Source: Eledone cirrhosa (taxonomy: Eukaryota). From it: 64,000 nucleotides of DNA. The DNA lies in contig OZ024740.1 in assembly GCA_964016885.1 (NCBI GenBank), forward strand, positions 128,960,001-129,024,000, given 5' to 3'. The notes under the pieces were generated by a model. It saw only the letters and a list, made by a program, of their open reading frames with translations, made no database searches and was not told the origin of the DNA. The position numbers and the translations under genes were made by a program. Positions 24,758 through 37,151 of the stretch are shown here, piece by piece (within the stretch, counting starts at the first letter, position 1; every line of letters starts with the position of its first letter).

Positions 24758-25181
24758 ATTCTTAATCCATTTGGATAAAACGAAACATTATTTACGAAGA
24801 ATGTAAACAAAGGAAGATAATCCGTACAACTTATGTGATCATTTGTTTTATCTAAGTGCTTTGAAAGCCAAAATATATTTCAAACGGCAAATTCAGAAAG
24901 TTCTAGTTATATAATGACCATTCTAAATCCGAACTTTGTATACTGAGTCACATCATGAGATTAATTTATTATATAAAAACGATATACAATTTTTAAGGTA
25001 AGGCAAAACGTTATATATATATATATAATAATAATAATAATATTTCAAGAATTATTAATAATAGTCAATATTTTTTTCTTCTTTTAAGTACTTTTTCCTA
25101 AATATTTATAATGCTTGAAATGTCTTTCCAGACTTATGTAGACAAGTTCCAAATAATTTATTTTTTTATTAATTAAATTAC
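24755..25181 (-). repeat. Inverted terminal repeat of the PLE at 41760-44350
   Basis: Reverse complement of 43320-43670 plus 44260-44350, i.e. without the RTE insert. Confidence 0.87.
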
Positions 25182-25433
25182 AATAATTGCTAATATTATT
25201 ATTATTATTATTATTATTGAATGCTATGGTTGACGGAGGCTCGGCTCTATAAGGTATTGTAAATTTTGACCGCTATAACAATTGTAAATTGTTTAAAACT
25301 TTAACCAACTTGTAGACAAAAACACCCTCCTCCTCGTGAGAGGGGTCTTTCTGCCCGTTATTTGACCCTTCGGGGTTAAATAAATGCTTATTGGGGTTTT
25401 GTGCCCAATATTTATTTTAAACAAAAAAACAAC

Positions 25434-27536
25434 ATGGCTACGAAAAAGAATTTTCATAGGTCACTCCCACTCATTCCGTCTTCTTCATCCTCAATCGTCA
25501 CTACAGCAGAGAGAAGATTGTCTCTCTCCCTCCCTTCTTTAAATGTGACTCTCTCCCTCCCTTCTCTTTCGCAAGCGACGACAGAAAAGAAAAGTTTCGT
25601 GCAAAGCGTGCAATATTTCTCCACGACGACGACGACAACGACGAAACAGGTGTGCGGGAAATACGAAAACCCATTTCATTCGTCTGACGTCAGGAATAAT
25701 AGCAGTAGCAGCCGTAATAACAACAGCAACAGTGACAATGAAAACAACAGTAGCAGCCGCAACAGCCACAGCAGCAGCATAAACAACAACAGCAATAGCA
25801 GCAGCAACAACAACAACAACCACAGCAGCAGCGGCGGCGGCAGTAGTCGTAGTACCTGCAGCAACAACAACAGTAACAGCAGCTCTGACGACAACAACAA
25901 CAACAACAACAGCAACAAAGTAAAACCAATCTCGTTTGCAGGTAGCGCGAAGAACCTGGAAACCATCCTCATAACAAATGACGAATTAGAGGAAGCGAAG
26001 AAGATGGTGATAAAAAACCGGACACCGAGCAATCTGCAAGGCAGCGGAAACATTTTTCGAAACCCAACAGCACTGTACGGTCACATACTGTACAGTAAGT
26101 ACAAAATCCCGTAGGGCTGAAAGAGCCACAGAGGCTCAAATACAAAAAGCCTTGGGGTCTGTATGGCAGCGGAAAACGCACATCACCCGAGGCAAGAAAT
26201 ATGCCACCGTAGACGTACTTTTTGCCACACCACAGGAGGCAAAGGCTCAATCCTTAGTGACCCTAAGGAGCGAGGAAATGGTGTTGGTGCCCTCCTACTG
26301 CGGGCAAAAAATTGTGAGGGTCAAACTGACCCACGTCCCCCCCGGGATGGCCCCTTCTTGGCTGGCCGCGTCTGTCCTCGTCGGAATCGAGGACAAAACA
26401 ACTGTACTGCAAGTACAGAAAAAAGTAAGAGAAGATTGGGTCGGCACCTCCATTGAGATGTTAATCCAAACCAACCAGGAGTGCATCGAAGCTATCCCGG
26501 ATGTGATAGACTTCGATAACGGCACTCAACTGCCCATAAGTGTTGAGGGCAAAGGCCCGTAATGCTTTCGCTGTGGATCGAAGACGCACCTCAGGGCCTT
26601 CTGCAACGAGAAGACCTTGAGAAAGGAGAAAACCCCCCTCCTTCCGAAACCGGCTCCACGGCTACCAGCAACAGGACAAGCGGCAACCAGGAACGATAGG
26701 TCCGTGGCACCCATACCCACGCCACGGAAATCAAAACAGCAGCAGCAGTGGAAGTATTAACAACAACAACAGCAATACCAAATGCAGCTGCAACATAGAC
26801 TCCAGTGCAAACATCACCAACAACATGTGAAAGAGTGGATCTGGTACCCCTCCCCGACCTCACAGAATCAGACATGGAGTGTGAGGTGAGAGAGGGATGG
26901 CAAAAGGTCGTAAGAAGACACAAACGCAGAAGCAGCGCATCGTCGCCTTTGAAAAGGGAGGAAAGAAATGAAAAAAAGGGTAAAGTCTACTGCAAAGAGA
27001 CTCACAGCAGCAACACCACCAACACCATCACCACCCACACTAGCACCTCCATCACCACCGCCGACAACCCCACCGCAACAACACCTTCAACACCACCACC
27101 ACAAGCACCAACATCGCAAACACAACAACAAAACACACACACCCAGCAACAACGACAAGAAAATAGCAGAACCACACCCCACCCCCAGAAAAACAAATGC
27201 ACGGCAATAAATACACACAACAAGAAACTAATGACTTACATAATTGAACACACATATATTTCACATGACTACATAATACCAGCACCAAACAAAACGCCAA
27301 CTAACATAAGACTGCTAAAAATAGCAAAGAAACAATACACAAACATTAAAACGAAATTCCCCAACGCAGTTGGTGATTTCAGAGACCTAGGAATAACTAT
27401 CAACCGGAGAGTATATGCGGACATACTCATAGAAGAGCCGACGACCAGCCGAAGGGATGATTCAACGGTCCCTTCACCAGACGATAAAGTGAAAAGGGTT
27501 GGAAAAACCATCCCTCCTCTACGAAAAGTACGGTAA
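25434..27536 (+). pseudogene. Tx1-type ORF1 (N/S/T low-complexity N-terminus, RRM-like core, CX2CX4HX4C knuckle); frameshifts and stops
   Basis: KYATVDVLFATP...LPISVEGKGP*CFRCGSKTHLRAFC. Confidence 0.85.
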
Positions 27537-27571
27537 GTGGTCTTTCCCATCTTTTCCACACTATTTTACAC

Positions 27572-30500
27572 ATGACCTCACTCAGAATAGGCAGCATAAA
27601 TGCGCGTGGCTTGGGGTCGTCATGGAAGCAGGGTCACATGCTCAACGACCTCAGGTCACTAAACATAGATATAGTGGCCATCAGCGAGACCAGAATCTCC
27701 GAAGCACGGGCCTTCGCACCGATCTTCGGTGGCTACGATGTGTACGCGTCTCCCAGCCGTCCTGGATCGGGGGGAGGATTTGCTGTGCTTTTTCGGAGAG
27801 GTTTGGATCTCGCAATACGGGCCATCTTCCTGGACCCAGAAGGTAAGTTGGTCGTGCTGGACGTGACCAGCGGAGACGGGCAAGCTTTCAGGTTAGTGGC
27901 CGTCTATGCCCCGACAGGAGCAGGGCGGCCTGATTTCTTCCGTCGTCTGGAGACCTTTCTTGGAACGTCCCGCTCTTTAGTGTTAGTGGGCGACTGGAAC
28001 GGGATCTTAGATGCACGCTGGGACTGTGTGGGATTAGCGGATAGGGGTGGAGGGTGCAAGAGCCTCATCAACTTGCTAAGGCGTTTTGAACTGTCTGACA
28101 GGTACCGATTGGATTTCCCGAATGTGCCAATGTGGACTTGGACAAACCGCATAGGGTCATCCAGATCATATCTAGATAGAGTATTTTGTAGGGAAATAGA
28201 TAGGTCTAGCATAGGCTGTCCACAATTCAAGATAGTCAGCTACACGCACCACAAATTCGTGATCTGTGTGCTTGACTTAGATAGGCTTCATAGACGAGGA
28301 CCCGGCTACTGGAAGCTAAACGCGTCCTTACCAGCGCGCAAGGCCTAGAGAGACCGGATTAGCGAACTAGTTAAGCGGGCGTTGACGGGGGCCATCGTCA
28401 ACAACAAGTGGTGGTTTGCTCTGAAAAGGGCGATCAGAATAGAATCGATTAGGTTTAGTAAGGCTTTAGCAATAGAGAAAAATAGAGCAGAGGGAGAACT
28501 AGTTAAAAAATTAGACGAGGCGCTTAGCAAAGGCATTGCGACCGACGTGCTTGCGGCGAAATTGGCCCTTGACCAATCCTTCAATGCAAAGCACGAAGGC
28601 TGCGTTGTCAGAGCAAGGGTGCGTGCTCTCAGACACAAGGGGACGAGAGCTGTTCAATGGGCCCGAGTGGCGGAGGCGCGTCGTGGCATCAAAGCCACGA
28701 TCCGGTCTTTGGTGGACCACGACGGGTGCATGCTACTCGATCCCGGGCAAATGTGTGAAGCTTTTCAGTGACACTTCGCTCAGCTGTTCGGGGGCAGCGG
28801 TGGGCAGGGTCGAGGGATGGACTTTAGTGTCTACCTCGACGGACTGCCGCGGCTCTCGGCCACTGAGGCGAAATGTAGCGAAAAGCCGATAACAGCCGCT
28901 GAAGTAAGGGAGGCAATGACTGGCTGCACAAGGGGTAAATCGCCTGGTTTGGATGGTCTGCCCTATGAACTTTACGTACAGATGCCAGACTTGTTCGGAG
29001 GCCTCTTGGCGGACGTCTACTGCAACTGGCAACAGAACGGGAGAATTCCCAGTTCTGTGAGCCGAGGAGCGGTGGCATTGCTGAGAAAGATCCGAACAAG
29101 GGGGATAACATAGATAATTTCCGGCCCATAACTCTGCTAAACAAAAAGTTCAAGATTTTGGCCAAGGTGCTAGAAAAGAGATTGGCGCTTGTCGTTGGTG
29201 GTCTGGTGGGAGAGGCGCAGACATGCGCCATTCCCGACAGATCCATCCACGACAACCTCCACCTCATGCGATACATCGTAGAGAGGGTAGCTAGGGAACC
29301 TGGCACGGGTGGGTCCTTGATCAATTAAGATCAGTCGAAAGCTTTCGATAGGTCGACTATCGTTACCTAGCGGCAGTCCTGAGGGCGGATGGCTTTGGGC
29401 CCGTCTTCAGAGGCTTGATCGCTGCCATGCACAGTGACATCTGCTCTGTAGTGAGAGTGAACGGTCACCTGTCTGAACCGTTCAATATCATGCACTCGGT
29501 CCGCCAATGATGTCCCCTCTCGTCCCTCTTGTGCGTATTGACTCTCGAGCCATTACTGCACAAACTGGAGACGTTGAGGGGCGTCCCGCGCGAACTAGGA
29601 TGCGGAAGATCCGTGTCAGCATATGCGGACGATGTCACCGTAGTGGTGTCGAGCGCCAAACACATCGAGGTGATCGGCACTACACTAAGAGAATACGAAG
29701 CGTTGATAGGAGCAATGATCAACCAGGAAAAGACCGTGGGCCTGCAGCTCGGCACCTGGTTTGGGCAGGTCTATGCCGTCCAACAGCGTCGTCGGACGCT
29801 GGACGGACGGACCGGTTAAATTGCTAGGGCTCTGTTTCGGTCCGGACCTCCGGACAAAAACTGGGACGAGGTGACGAGCAGGGTGGCTTCTCTCAACCAG
29901 AAATGTGCGGAGAGGAAGCTATCCCTGAAAGGTCGAGCGGAGGTGGCTGACGCGTACATCGCGTCCGTCATCTGCTACCGCCTGACCGTCGTACCTTGTC
30001 CTAAGCCTCGCCTGACTGCGCTGGAGCGTTTGCTCTTTCGCTTTTTGTGGAAGGGACGCGCTCCGATGATCAGGCGGTCCATCTGCTGTCAACACCCGCT
30101 ACGTGGAGGGCTGGGCATGCCGTGGCTGATGATGCGCAGGCACGCGCTCAGGCTACGACAACTCCACCTCTTCCTCGACGGTGATCAGGTGTGGTCGTCG
30201 TTTGCTAGACACGTATTTCCTCAGCTCGTGTCCTTGACGGAGCTGCAGTCCTGGGTCAAGCGAAGAGAGGGAGCGCCTGGAGACTGGAATGTCTTCAAGC
30301 CCCCACAGCCCTCGACCAATCGGGCAATGTGATCGGTGGAAACTCCACCTCGGCGTTCTATAGAGGATTAGTGGAGGGGAAGAGCGACGAAGCGACGACG
30401 TACTTGGGGAAACTCTAGGCGTCGACGAAAATCAACTAGCCAATCTCTGTGGAAGAACTTTCGGGCCAGGGCCTATGGACAACTTCCAGAAATCTCTGGC

Positions 30501-30990
30501 CTGGCAGTGCTACCGAGCAGCCTTGCCAGTTCGGGATAAACTCTACAGGCATGGAGGTGCCGTCAGCGGGGCATGTCCGAGATGCGCGCAGAGCGACGAA
30601 ACCGTCCTGCACGCACTCGTCCAGTGTCCGAAAATCGCTGACATGTGAGTTTATGTCGAACATCTGCTGTCGCGTGTAGGACGGATCCGGCTATCATCTG
30701 AGTCCATCGTGAGGATTGCTGCGCCCTCCTCCTTTAGCCGGGAAGGGCAGGCAGTTTTTATCTGTCTGGTGGCCATTGCGAAATAGATAGTATGGTGGAC
30801 ACGTTTGAAATGGCTGAAGACGAGCACTTACCTCTTCGGTGATGCCCTGATTGACTTTTTCAAATTTCATTTGAAAAGGAAAATCAGAGTAGAGAGAGAA
30901 GTGCTCTCTTCCCAGCATTTTGTTGAAAGATGGGTGAGAGAAGCAAGCATGGGCCGAGTGAATGGGCCTACTCTGAGTATATATCTGTAA
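27572..30990 (+). pseudogene. Tx1-type ORF2: APE endonuclease + RT + C-terminal Zn finger; multiple disruptions
   Basis: GSINARGL, ISET, VYAP, GDWN, SYLDR, GYWKLN, KSPGLDG, AYADD, GGLGMP, CPRC...ETVLHALVQC. Confidence 0.93.
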
Positions 30991-31471
30991 ATTAAAGTTG
31001 GAAAACTAGGAGAGGGCACTTGCCTTGGTGGTCAGGGTCACTGTGGCCTTTTACTGGGCTTTCTCCACAAATGTCCCTCCGAAGTCTCCCCCCTAATGGG
31101 GAATTTTTCATTGTTATTTTTTTGTTACATCTCCTCTTTTTGTTTTTTACACGCAGAAATGCCCATTTGTACCGTACTGTATTGTCCTGCTCTGTCCTTA
31201 ATGTCTACTTTATGTAAACCCTTGTGGTTAATAAAGAAATCATTATTATTATTATTATTATTGGCGACCTACGTTGTAAATCGTATCATCGTGAGCTCCG
31301 CAAAGGTTTGTTATTTCCGTTTGTTATAAATTGCCATTTATGGAAAATTTTATTGTTAACTGTTTATAAGCACACATACATTGTTTTCCGAAAAGGACAC
31401 CCAAAAAGATTGGGGCCTTGTGCCCAAAATTTTAACTTTTATTATTATCAAAAAATTTCTTTGAAAAAAAA

Positions 31472-33461
31472 ATGGCTAATTCACCTCTGCACGAAGCAGC
31501 TGAAAGCCTTCCTCACAAAATAACACCTCACACCGACACCACCATTGTAAATGTTACTACGTTTGCCAACACAAAAAAAATATAAGCAGTAGCAATATTT
31601 TAAATTTGTCTCAGGCAGACATTAATTTCCCGCCATGACCAATGACTGCAGGTGTTAAAGCCTCCACCACCACCACCACCGCGACAACCACCACCCCCAC
31701 CACCACCGCGACAACAGAAACAAAAGAAGAAAAAAATAAATTAACTCGTGATGTCGAAATGAAATTAAGCAAAATGGACTCTTCCGCACCAAAGACGACT
31801 GACGCCACCACCTCCACAACTGAAACTAAAATTAATATTAACACAAATAACGATAGCAACAACAACAACAATGACATTATAAAACCGACCCTCAGTTTCG
31901 CCATCGTAGCAAAACAATTCGAAGCGTTCACGGTAACTCAAGAAGATTTAGAAAATGCCAAACAAATGGTAAAGAAAGATGGGTACAGAGTCAGCCTCAC
32001 CCCCCACCTAATAAAATGGAGCATCGGCGCCTGTGCACCGTGTCGTATAGAACAATAAATGTAAAATCGCGCCGAGTGGAACGGGCATCCGAGTCCCAAA
32101 TCCCAAAAGCTTTGGGACATGTGTGGGCAAGAAAAACCCACATCAGACGTGGGCAAAAGTATGGAACCGTGGATGTGTTCTTTGAAACACCAGAGGAGGC
32201 TAGAGAACACTCCATGGCCCCATTAAAAAGTGACGACCTCACACTCGTCCCAAGCTATTGTGGCCAGAGACTCGTATAGATCAGGGTGACCCACGTTCCA
32301 CCGGCCATCGAAATTCCCTGGCTAATAGCGGCTGTCCTCGCCGGCATCGAAGCCAACACGAAAATAATAGCAGTATCAAAAGAAAAGCAGGAAAACTGGT
32401 CCGGATCTGGGATGGAGCTCCTGATCCAAGCGACCAAAAAAGCATTGAGGAGATGCCAGAGGTAATAGACCTCACTGACGGCAGCCACCTCACGGTAATT
32501 GTCGAGGGCAGAAGACATAGGTGTGTCGTTTGTGGTGAAGGAACACACCTAAGGGCTTTCTGCCCCCAGGCTAAAAGGTTGAGGCCACCTCTCCTACCCA
32601 CCCCAGTGACACAACCATCAACACCACCAGTAGCAGAGATGGCAGCAACAACTGTAGCAGCAACAACAGAAGCAACTATAACAGCAACAACCCCAGCAAC
32701 AGTAGCAAAACCAACACCACTACCACCACCAGCAAAACCAACACCACCACCACCCAACGCTTCAGAACTAGCACCAGCGCCTACACCATCCACCACACCA
32801 CAACCAAAACTAACGGCTGTGGAGGATTTTCCACTCCCCGGCCTATCACAACTGGAGACAGATTGTGACGACGAGGAGTGGGAAACGATATCCGGAAAAA
32901 AAAAAGAAACCAAAAAAGAAAAAATTCTCTTCCTTCCCCTCCAAAAACAAAATACAGAGGGAAACAAATAAACTAAGAAACAAAAAAGTTAGGACAGATA
33001 TGTCACCATCCACACCAGCATCACCAACCCCATCAACCCAAACACCAACACCATCACCATCATTAACTCCAACACCACCATCACCTACACCACAAAAATC
33101 ACCAAAATGCGAAACAGAAACAAACCCACAACAAACGCAAACAAAACAAAACAACCAAAACGATACACACTACACAGTATTAAATTTGAACAACAAGCAA
33201 TTATTACACTACATCCAACACAACACCAGCATCACAGAAAAAGACTACACAACAACCCCAAAATTCACACCACCTCCACACATACAAATTACTCGCATCA
33301 CACAGAAAACGTACATGACACTAAAACAAAAATTCCCCAAAGACATCGGAGACTTCCGACAAGCACTCTCCAGGAGGATTTATAAGGACATCCTTCCTGA
33401 GGAGGGCACAAGCAGTAAAAAGGATGGAAAAGCCGTCCTTCCCCTACGAGAAGTAAGGTAA
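31472..33461 (+). pseudogene. Tx1-type ORF1 (type II), frameshifted
   Basis: KYGTVDVFFETP...VIVEGRRHRCVVCGEGTHLRAFC; Pro/Thr-rich linker. Confidence 0.85.
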
Positions 33462-33495
33462 GTGGTCTTTCCCATCTTTTCCACTCCTTTTCAAC

Positions 33496-36400
33496 ATGAC
33501 CTCACTCAGAATAGGCAGCATAAATGCGCGTGGCTTGGGGTCGTCATGGAAACAGGGCCACCTGCTCAACGACCTCAGGTCACTAAACATAGATGTAGTG
33601 GCCATCAGCGAGACCAGAATCTCCGAAGCACAGGCTTTCGCACCGATCTTCGGCGGCTACGATGTGTACGCATCTCCCAGCCGTCCGGGATCGGGGGGAG
33701 GAGTTGCTGTGTTTTTTCGGAGAGGTTTGGATCTTGCCATACGGGCCATCTTCCTGGACCCAGAAGGTAAGTTGGTCGTGCTGGACGTGACCAGCGGAGA
33801 CGGGCAAGCTTTCAGGTTAGTGGCCGTCTATGCCCCGACAGGAGCAGGGTGGCCTGATTTCTTCCGGCGTATGGAGACCTTTCTTGGAACGTCCCGCTCT
33901 TTAGTGTTAGTGGGCGACTGGAACGGGATCTTAGATGCACGCTGGGATTGTGTGGGATTAGTGGATAGGGAAGGAGGGTGCAAGAGTCTCACCAACCTGC
34001 TCAGACGTTTTGAACTGTCTGACAGGTACCGAATGGATTTCCCGAATGTACCAATGTGGACTTGGACAAATCGCATAGGGTCATCCAGATCATATCTAGA
34101 TAGAGTATTTTGTAGGGAAATAGATAGGTCTAGCATAGGCTGTCCACAATTCAAGATAGTCAGCTAGACGGACCACAAATTCGTGATCTGTGTGCTTGAC
34201 TTAGATAGGCTTCATAGACAAGGACCCGGCTACTGGAAGCTAAACGCGTCCTTACCAGCGCGCAAGGCCTACAGAGACCGGATTAGCGAACTAGTTAAGC
34301 GGGCGTTGACGGGGGCCATCGTCAACAACAAGTGGTGGTTTGCTCTGAAAAGAGCAATTAGAATAGAGTCCATTAGGTTTAGTAAGACCTTAGCAATAGA
34401 GAAAAATAGAGCAGAGGGAGAATTAGTTTGAAAATTAGATGAGGCGCTTAGCAAAGGCATCGCGACCGACGTACTTGCGGCGAAATTGGCCCTTGACCAA
34501 TTCTTCAATGCAAAGCACGAAGGCTGCGTTGTCAGAGCTAGGGTGCGTGCTCTCAGACACGAGAGGACGAAAGCCGTTCAATGGGCCCGAGTGGCGGAGG
34601 CGCGTCGTGGCAACAAAGCCACGATCCGGTCTTTGGTGGACCACGACGGGCGCATGCTACTCGATCCCGGGCAAATGTGTGAAGCTTTTCAGCGACACTT
34701 CGCTCAACTGTTCGGGGGCAGTGGCGGGCCGGATCGAGGGATGGACTTTAGTGTCTACCTCGACGGACTGCCGCGGCTTTCGGCCACTGAGGCGGAGTGT
34801 TGCGAAAAGCCGATAACAACCGCTGAAGTACGGGATGTAATGACTAGTTGCACAAGGGGTAAATCGCCTGGTTTTGGAATGCGCTGCCCTATGAACTTTA
34901 CGTACAAATGCCAAACTTGTTCGGAGGCCTCTTGGCGGACGTCTACTGCAACTGGCAACAGAACGGGAGAATTCCCAGCTCTGTGAGCCGAGGAGCGGTG
35001 GCGCTGCTGAGAAAGGATCCGAACAAGGGGGATAACATAGATAATTTCCGGCCCATAACTCTGCTAAACACAGAGTTCAAGATTTTGGCCAAGGTGCTAG
35101 CAAAGAGGTTGGCGGTTGTCGTTGGTGGTCTGGTGGGAGAGGCACAGACATGCGCCATTCCCGACAGATCCATCCACGACAACCTCCACCTCATGCGATA
35201 CATCGTAGAGAGGGTAGCTAAGGAACCTGGCACGGGTGGGTCTTTGATCAATTTAGATCAGTCGAAAACCTTCGATAGGGTCGACCATCGTTACCTAGCG
35301 GCAGTCCTGAGGGAGGCTGGCTTTGGGCCCGTCTTCAGAGGCTGGATCGCTGCCATGCACAGCGACATCTGCTCTGTAGTGAGAGTGAACGGTCACCTTT
35401 CGGAACCGTTCAACATCATGCGCTCGGTCCGCCAAGGATGTCAACTGGAGACGTTGAGGGGGGTCCCGCGCGAACTAGGATGCGGAAGATCCGAGTCAGC
35501 ATATGCCGACGATGTCACCGTAGTGGTGTCGAACGCCAAACACATCGAGGCGATCGGCACTACACTAAGAGAATACGAAGCGGTGACAGGAGCAATGATC
35601 AACCAGGAAAAGTCAGTGGGCCTGCAGCTCGGCACCTGGAGAGGCAGGTCCATGCCGTCCAACAGCGTCGTCGGGCGCTGGACGGACGGACCGGTTAAAT
35701 TGCTAGGGGTCTGGTTCGGTCCAGACCTCCAGCCGGACAAAAACTGGGACGAGGTGACGCGCAGGGTGGCTTCTCTCACCCAGAAATGGGCCGAGAGGAA
35801 GCTATCCCTGAAAGGTCGAGCGGAGGTGGCGAATGCGTACATCGCATCCGTCATCTACTACCGCCTGACCGTCGTACCTTGTCCTAAGCCCCGCCTGACT
35901 GCGCTGGAGCGTTTGCTCTTTCACTTCTTGTGGAAGGGACGCGCTCCGATGGTCAGGCGGTCCATCTGCTGGCAACACCCGCTACGTGGAGGGCTGGGCA
36001 TGCCGTGGCTGATGATGCGCAGACACGCACTCAGGCTACGACATCTCCACCTCTTCCTCGACGGTGATCAGGTGTGGTCGCCGTTTGCAAGACACGTTTT
36101 TCCCCAGCTCGTCTCCTTGACGGAGCTGCAGTCCTGGGTCAAGCGAAGACCGAGAGGGAGCGCTTGGAGACTGGAATGTCTTCAGGTGCTCACAGCCCTC
36201 GACCAATCGGGCAATGTGATCGGTGGAAACTCCACCTTGGCGTTCTATAGGGGATTAGTGGAGGGGAAGAGCGACGACGTACTTGGAGAAACTCTAGGCG
36301 TCGACGAAAATCAACTAGCCAATCTCTTCGGAAGGACTTTCGGGCCGGGGACTATGGACAACTTCCAGAAATCCCTGGCCTGGCAGTGCTACCGAGGAGC

Positions 36401-36869
36401 TTTGCCAGTTCGGGATAAACTCTACAGGCATGGAGGTGCCGTCAGCCGGGCATGTCCGAGATGCGCGCAGGGCGACGAAACCGTCCTGCACGCACTCGTC
36501 CAGTGTCCGAGCATTGCTGACTTGTGGGTTTATGTCGAACACCTGCTGTCACGTGTAGGACGGATCCAGCTATCAGCTGAGTCCATCGTGAGGATTGCCC
36601 CGCCCCCTTCCTTTAGCCTGGAAGGGCAGGCAGTTTTTATCTGTCTGGTGGCCATGGCGAAAGAGATAGTATGGTGGACACGTTTGAAAGGGCTGAAGAC
36701 GAGCACTTACCTCTTCGGTGATGCCCTGATTAACTTTTTCAAATTTCATTTGAAAAGGAAAATCAGGGTAGAGAGGGAAGTGCTCTCTTCCCAGCATTTT
36801 GTTGAAAGATGGGTGAGAGAAGCAAGTATGGCCCGAATGAATGGGCCTTCTCTGAGTATGTGTCTGTAA
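33496..36869 (+). pseudogene. Tx1-type ORF2 APE-RT; two stops, a frameshift, ~48-nt deletion after QGC; last 653 aa open
   Basis: ORFs 33496-34167 and 34908-36869: NFRPITLLN, LDQSKTFDRV, AYADD, CPRC/HALVQC. Confidence 0.94.
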
Positions 36870-37151
36870 ACTAAAGGTGGAAAACTGGGAGAGGGCACTT
36901 GCCCTGGTGGTCAGGGCCATTGTGGTCTTTTAATGGGCTTTCTCCACAAATGTCCCTTGAAGTCTCCCCCCTATTGGGGAATTTTTCTTTGTTATTTTAT
37001 TTAAACCTCTGTTTTTTTACACGCAGAAATGCCCATTTGTACCGTCCTGTATTGTCCTGTACTGTCCTTAATGTCTACTTTATGTGAACCCTTGTGGTTA
37101 ATAAAGAAAACATTATTATTATAATTACTATTATTATATTATTATTATTAT

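Larger units (their letters stand above)
25219..31241 (+). mobile_element. L1/Tx1-clade LINE copy 1, full length, disrupted (5' type I)
   Basis: Lies between (ATT)n tracts; ORF1 with CCHC knuckle, ORF2 APE-RT-Zn, AATAAA then ATT tail. Confidence 0.93.
31263..37111 (+). mobile_element. L1/Tx1-clade LINE copy 2, full length (5' type II)
   Basis: Starts ggcgacctacgt directly after copy 1's ATT tail; ends aataaagaaaac-(ATT). Confidence 0.93.

Noticed and set aside
25401-26114. Asn/Ser-rich ORF as a host low-complexity protein
   Set aside because: It is the N-terminus of Tx1 ORF1, contiguous by frameshift with the zinc-knuckle region.
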